Of a stretch of DNA of 64,000 bases, positions 63,701 to 64,000 are shown piece after piece. Where the stretch lies: the IMG/VR virus record IMGVR_UViG_3300033074_001927, positions 1 through 64,000 of that record. The stretch is one strand, 5' to 3'. Source of the DNA: a virus. Its lineage: Duplodnaviria; Caudoviricetes. A model generated the notes under the pieces. It was given only the letters and a program-made list of their open reading frames with translations, did not search any database and was not told the origin of the DNA. Each line of letters starts with the position of its first letter. Within the stretch, counting starts at the first letter, position 1. The position numbers were made by a program, and so were the translations under genes.

Positions 63701-64000
63701 AGAAGAAGAACAGGTAAAGGAAGTCAGGCCAGTATATGGCAGCGTGCCACTTCCAATGCCCATCTTGCCGCAAAACGGCTCTTCTCCAGACCCAAGGTAT
63801 CGTGGGAAAAATCCCTGAACATGCCAGAAATCAAAAGAACTATTTCTTATTACTGGTATTATTTTTCTGTCTACATCATCATAGTATGCAACACCTGCGC
63901 CATTGCCATTATCACCATCAGCATAAGTGATTGGGTAGCCTCCATTAGTGCCAGCATTATCTTCTCCTATGGTTTCTTTTAAGAAGAAGCCGCTAGAGTG
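60701..64000 (-). CDS. Large virion protein (5'-partial): F5/8-discoidin-like domain plus C-terminal INGY repeats
   Basis: Frame stays open from 63763 to the window end, so the true start is outside; YASHDG.NF, ARYVRL..T, ISEIRLFG discoidin-like motifs. Confidence 0.75.
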   Translation of the reverse strand, partial: HSSGFFLKETIGEDNAGTNGGYPITYADGDNGNGAGVAYYDDVDRKIIPVIRNSSFDFWHVQGFFPRYLGSGEEPFCGKMGIGSGTLPYTGLTSFTCSSSGNDLWGNYQISGGQTFTRLDSRSSVLYDGQVVETATIDWRDQIPQSGIYGVGGDFPGSGTNCDFSFDSYGNMYWYWQQKNSAGHQCIVRTASRPFHDGTSYRIYTAPADIYPSGMRFTSQVSHDVAGGYNGRCFYKNFKALKHPTAPSGNDFKSQLIVTNSYTSTYPSGSNLVIWNMDESPAVRSHYNQPYYQIDYTATSGDENIFVGVSDAFFHADIPLMFDGDVNTYGLVGSGSYLTLEMDKSRVIDRIEIVGQSSSSAATNNRDIGQIDLYASHDGTNFSYIQTIPSGNASLGTRLRRFTANELEVEVQPGSQGFYQLIDPISARYVRLNFTTAYTTSGRRISEIRLFGPSTTAHQTTTADHTYFNVPQVRRQYIERFRRKRGELPATWRSYGDFTWYTVASGDFTHDVVLPTQEEPSYANGLVPSGLFYYLAATNGNGDGFSLISEPAADASGLVSPVGPIPSSGIYPGSSGVVEVDLDISVEEFNANKRYIAFDYRLDQNQDDVFEFSTIDEFNTETVHLSVTGSFNNWLTHTTTLDASTYTARWKYIRGSTTDPFTYGAAWIDNVSGVPGPPLWSVNGFIKGEQGVATGIINGYMNTNYSEQIYGYMYGAPFDSSINGYLLSAVDPDFVSSINGYLYANTDGSINGYMLAVNSGEFAVTYPTGSINGYMLVWTGWDESNINGILLANWDQGINGYIIGASAPGDIPSGQNQIFGYVKAFDAESYINGIVNTYGQSVFSGSIAGYLNARFGIGDQVINGYMFTPSGDVSYINSYLPGWNGNGEFFIGPQSIINGYLSAEDLESVSINGYLMGNYPISSIWGYLGSEALVPSGGGLVGGGPGGGGSSTSNVIPGTNWINGYLKAHDGFQQINGYLMAPPGYWEHIFGYVSAGADDSIIHGFLVGHEEAASSINAYMSGAGFVGDEINGWLFGISGTFSDSINGFVIGSNFPISTIYGTMIGTTSGVNSKEACPAHNYFPLPATLVASIPTGNFFN
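60800..61960 (-). repeat. Degenerate protein repeat, about 25 copies of (S/Q/Y)I(N/F/Y)G(Y/F)
   Basis: Manual count in translation; recurring CCATTTAT/CCGTTTAT on + strand. Confidence 0.8.

Larger units (their letters stand above)
1..64000. mobile_element. Segment of a large tailed dsDNA bacteriophage genome
   Basis: Dense runs of small unknown ORFs, tRNAs, phoH, self-contained replication module (DnaE, DnaB, DnaG, RecA, SSB, ThyX, Tdk, dUTPase), several orphan DNA MTases, large Ser/Gly/Thr-rich virion-like proteins; no ribosomal or core metabolic genes. Confidence 0.93.

Noticed and set aside
63761-63763. ATG 63763 as start of the last gene
   Set aside because: The reading frame has no stop up to position 64000, so the gene most likely starts beyond the window
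17935-63982. Long + strand ORFs antisense to the minus-strand run (e.g. 17935-18666, 31482-32084, 41485-42141, 44239-45060, 51086-51544, 63659-63982)
   Set aside because: Antisense shadows of minus-strand genes; no motifs
1-64000. Stop-codon reassignment
   Set aside because: Conserved enzymes are full length in code 11, TAG/TGA/TAA all end genes at tight junctions, and no suppressor tRNA was seen

Overview
This window is a gene-dense segment of a large tailed dsDNA phage (Caudoviricetes-like, standard genetic code, many ATGA/TAATG gene overlaps). I saw no rRNA, CRISPR array or integrase. Layout: (1) + strand accessory block, 89-5468: phoH, an R2K-type ATP-grasp protein, tRNA-Gln(UUG), tRNA-Pro(UGG) and a Pol-beta/RlaP-like nucleotidyltransferase. 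(2) - strand island of three virion-like genes, 5455-9171. (3) + strand accessory block, 9205-15422: SpoU/TrmH RNA methyltransferase, HNH nuclease, uvsE, SLOG protein, AEP-like protein. (4) One long - strand run, 15466-64000. Reading from the right it holds tail/baseplate-like genes; a replication module (RecA, DnaB, DnaG, ThyX, Cas4-like nuclease, a DnaE split into two genes with no intein, dUTPase, Tdk, SSB, a region-2-only sigma-like protein); a ~16 kb glycan cluster (5 glycosyltransferases, gmd, an SDR, an RmlC-like cupin, QnlA/WbvR-like reductase, WecB/WbjD-like epimerase, a methyltransferase, exported proteases and a vWA protein); four DNA methyltransferases; a Rad52-like annealase next to a plant-Whirly-like protein; and small virion-like genes. 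Best leads: a phage-encoded glycosylation system possibly acting on Ser-Gly motifs enriched in virion proteins, the Whirly homologue, the intein-free two-subunit DnaE, and a minimal sigma factor with a candidate GTGTATWA late promoter. All calls come from motif recognition by eye; no database search was run.
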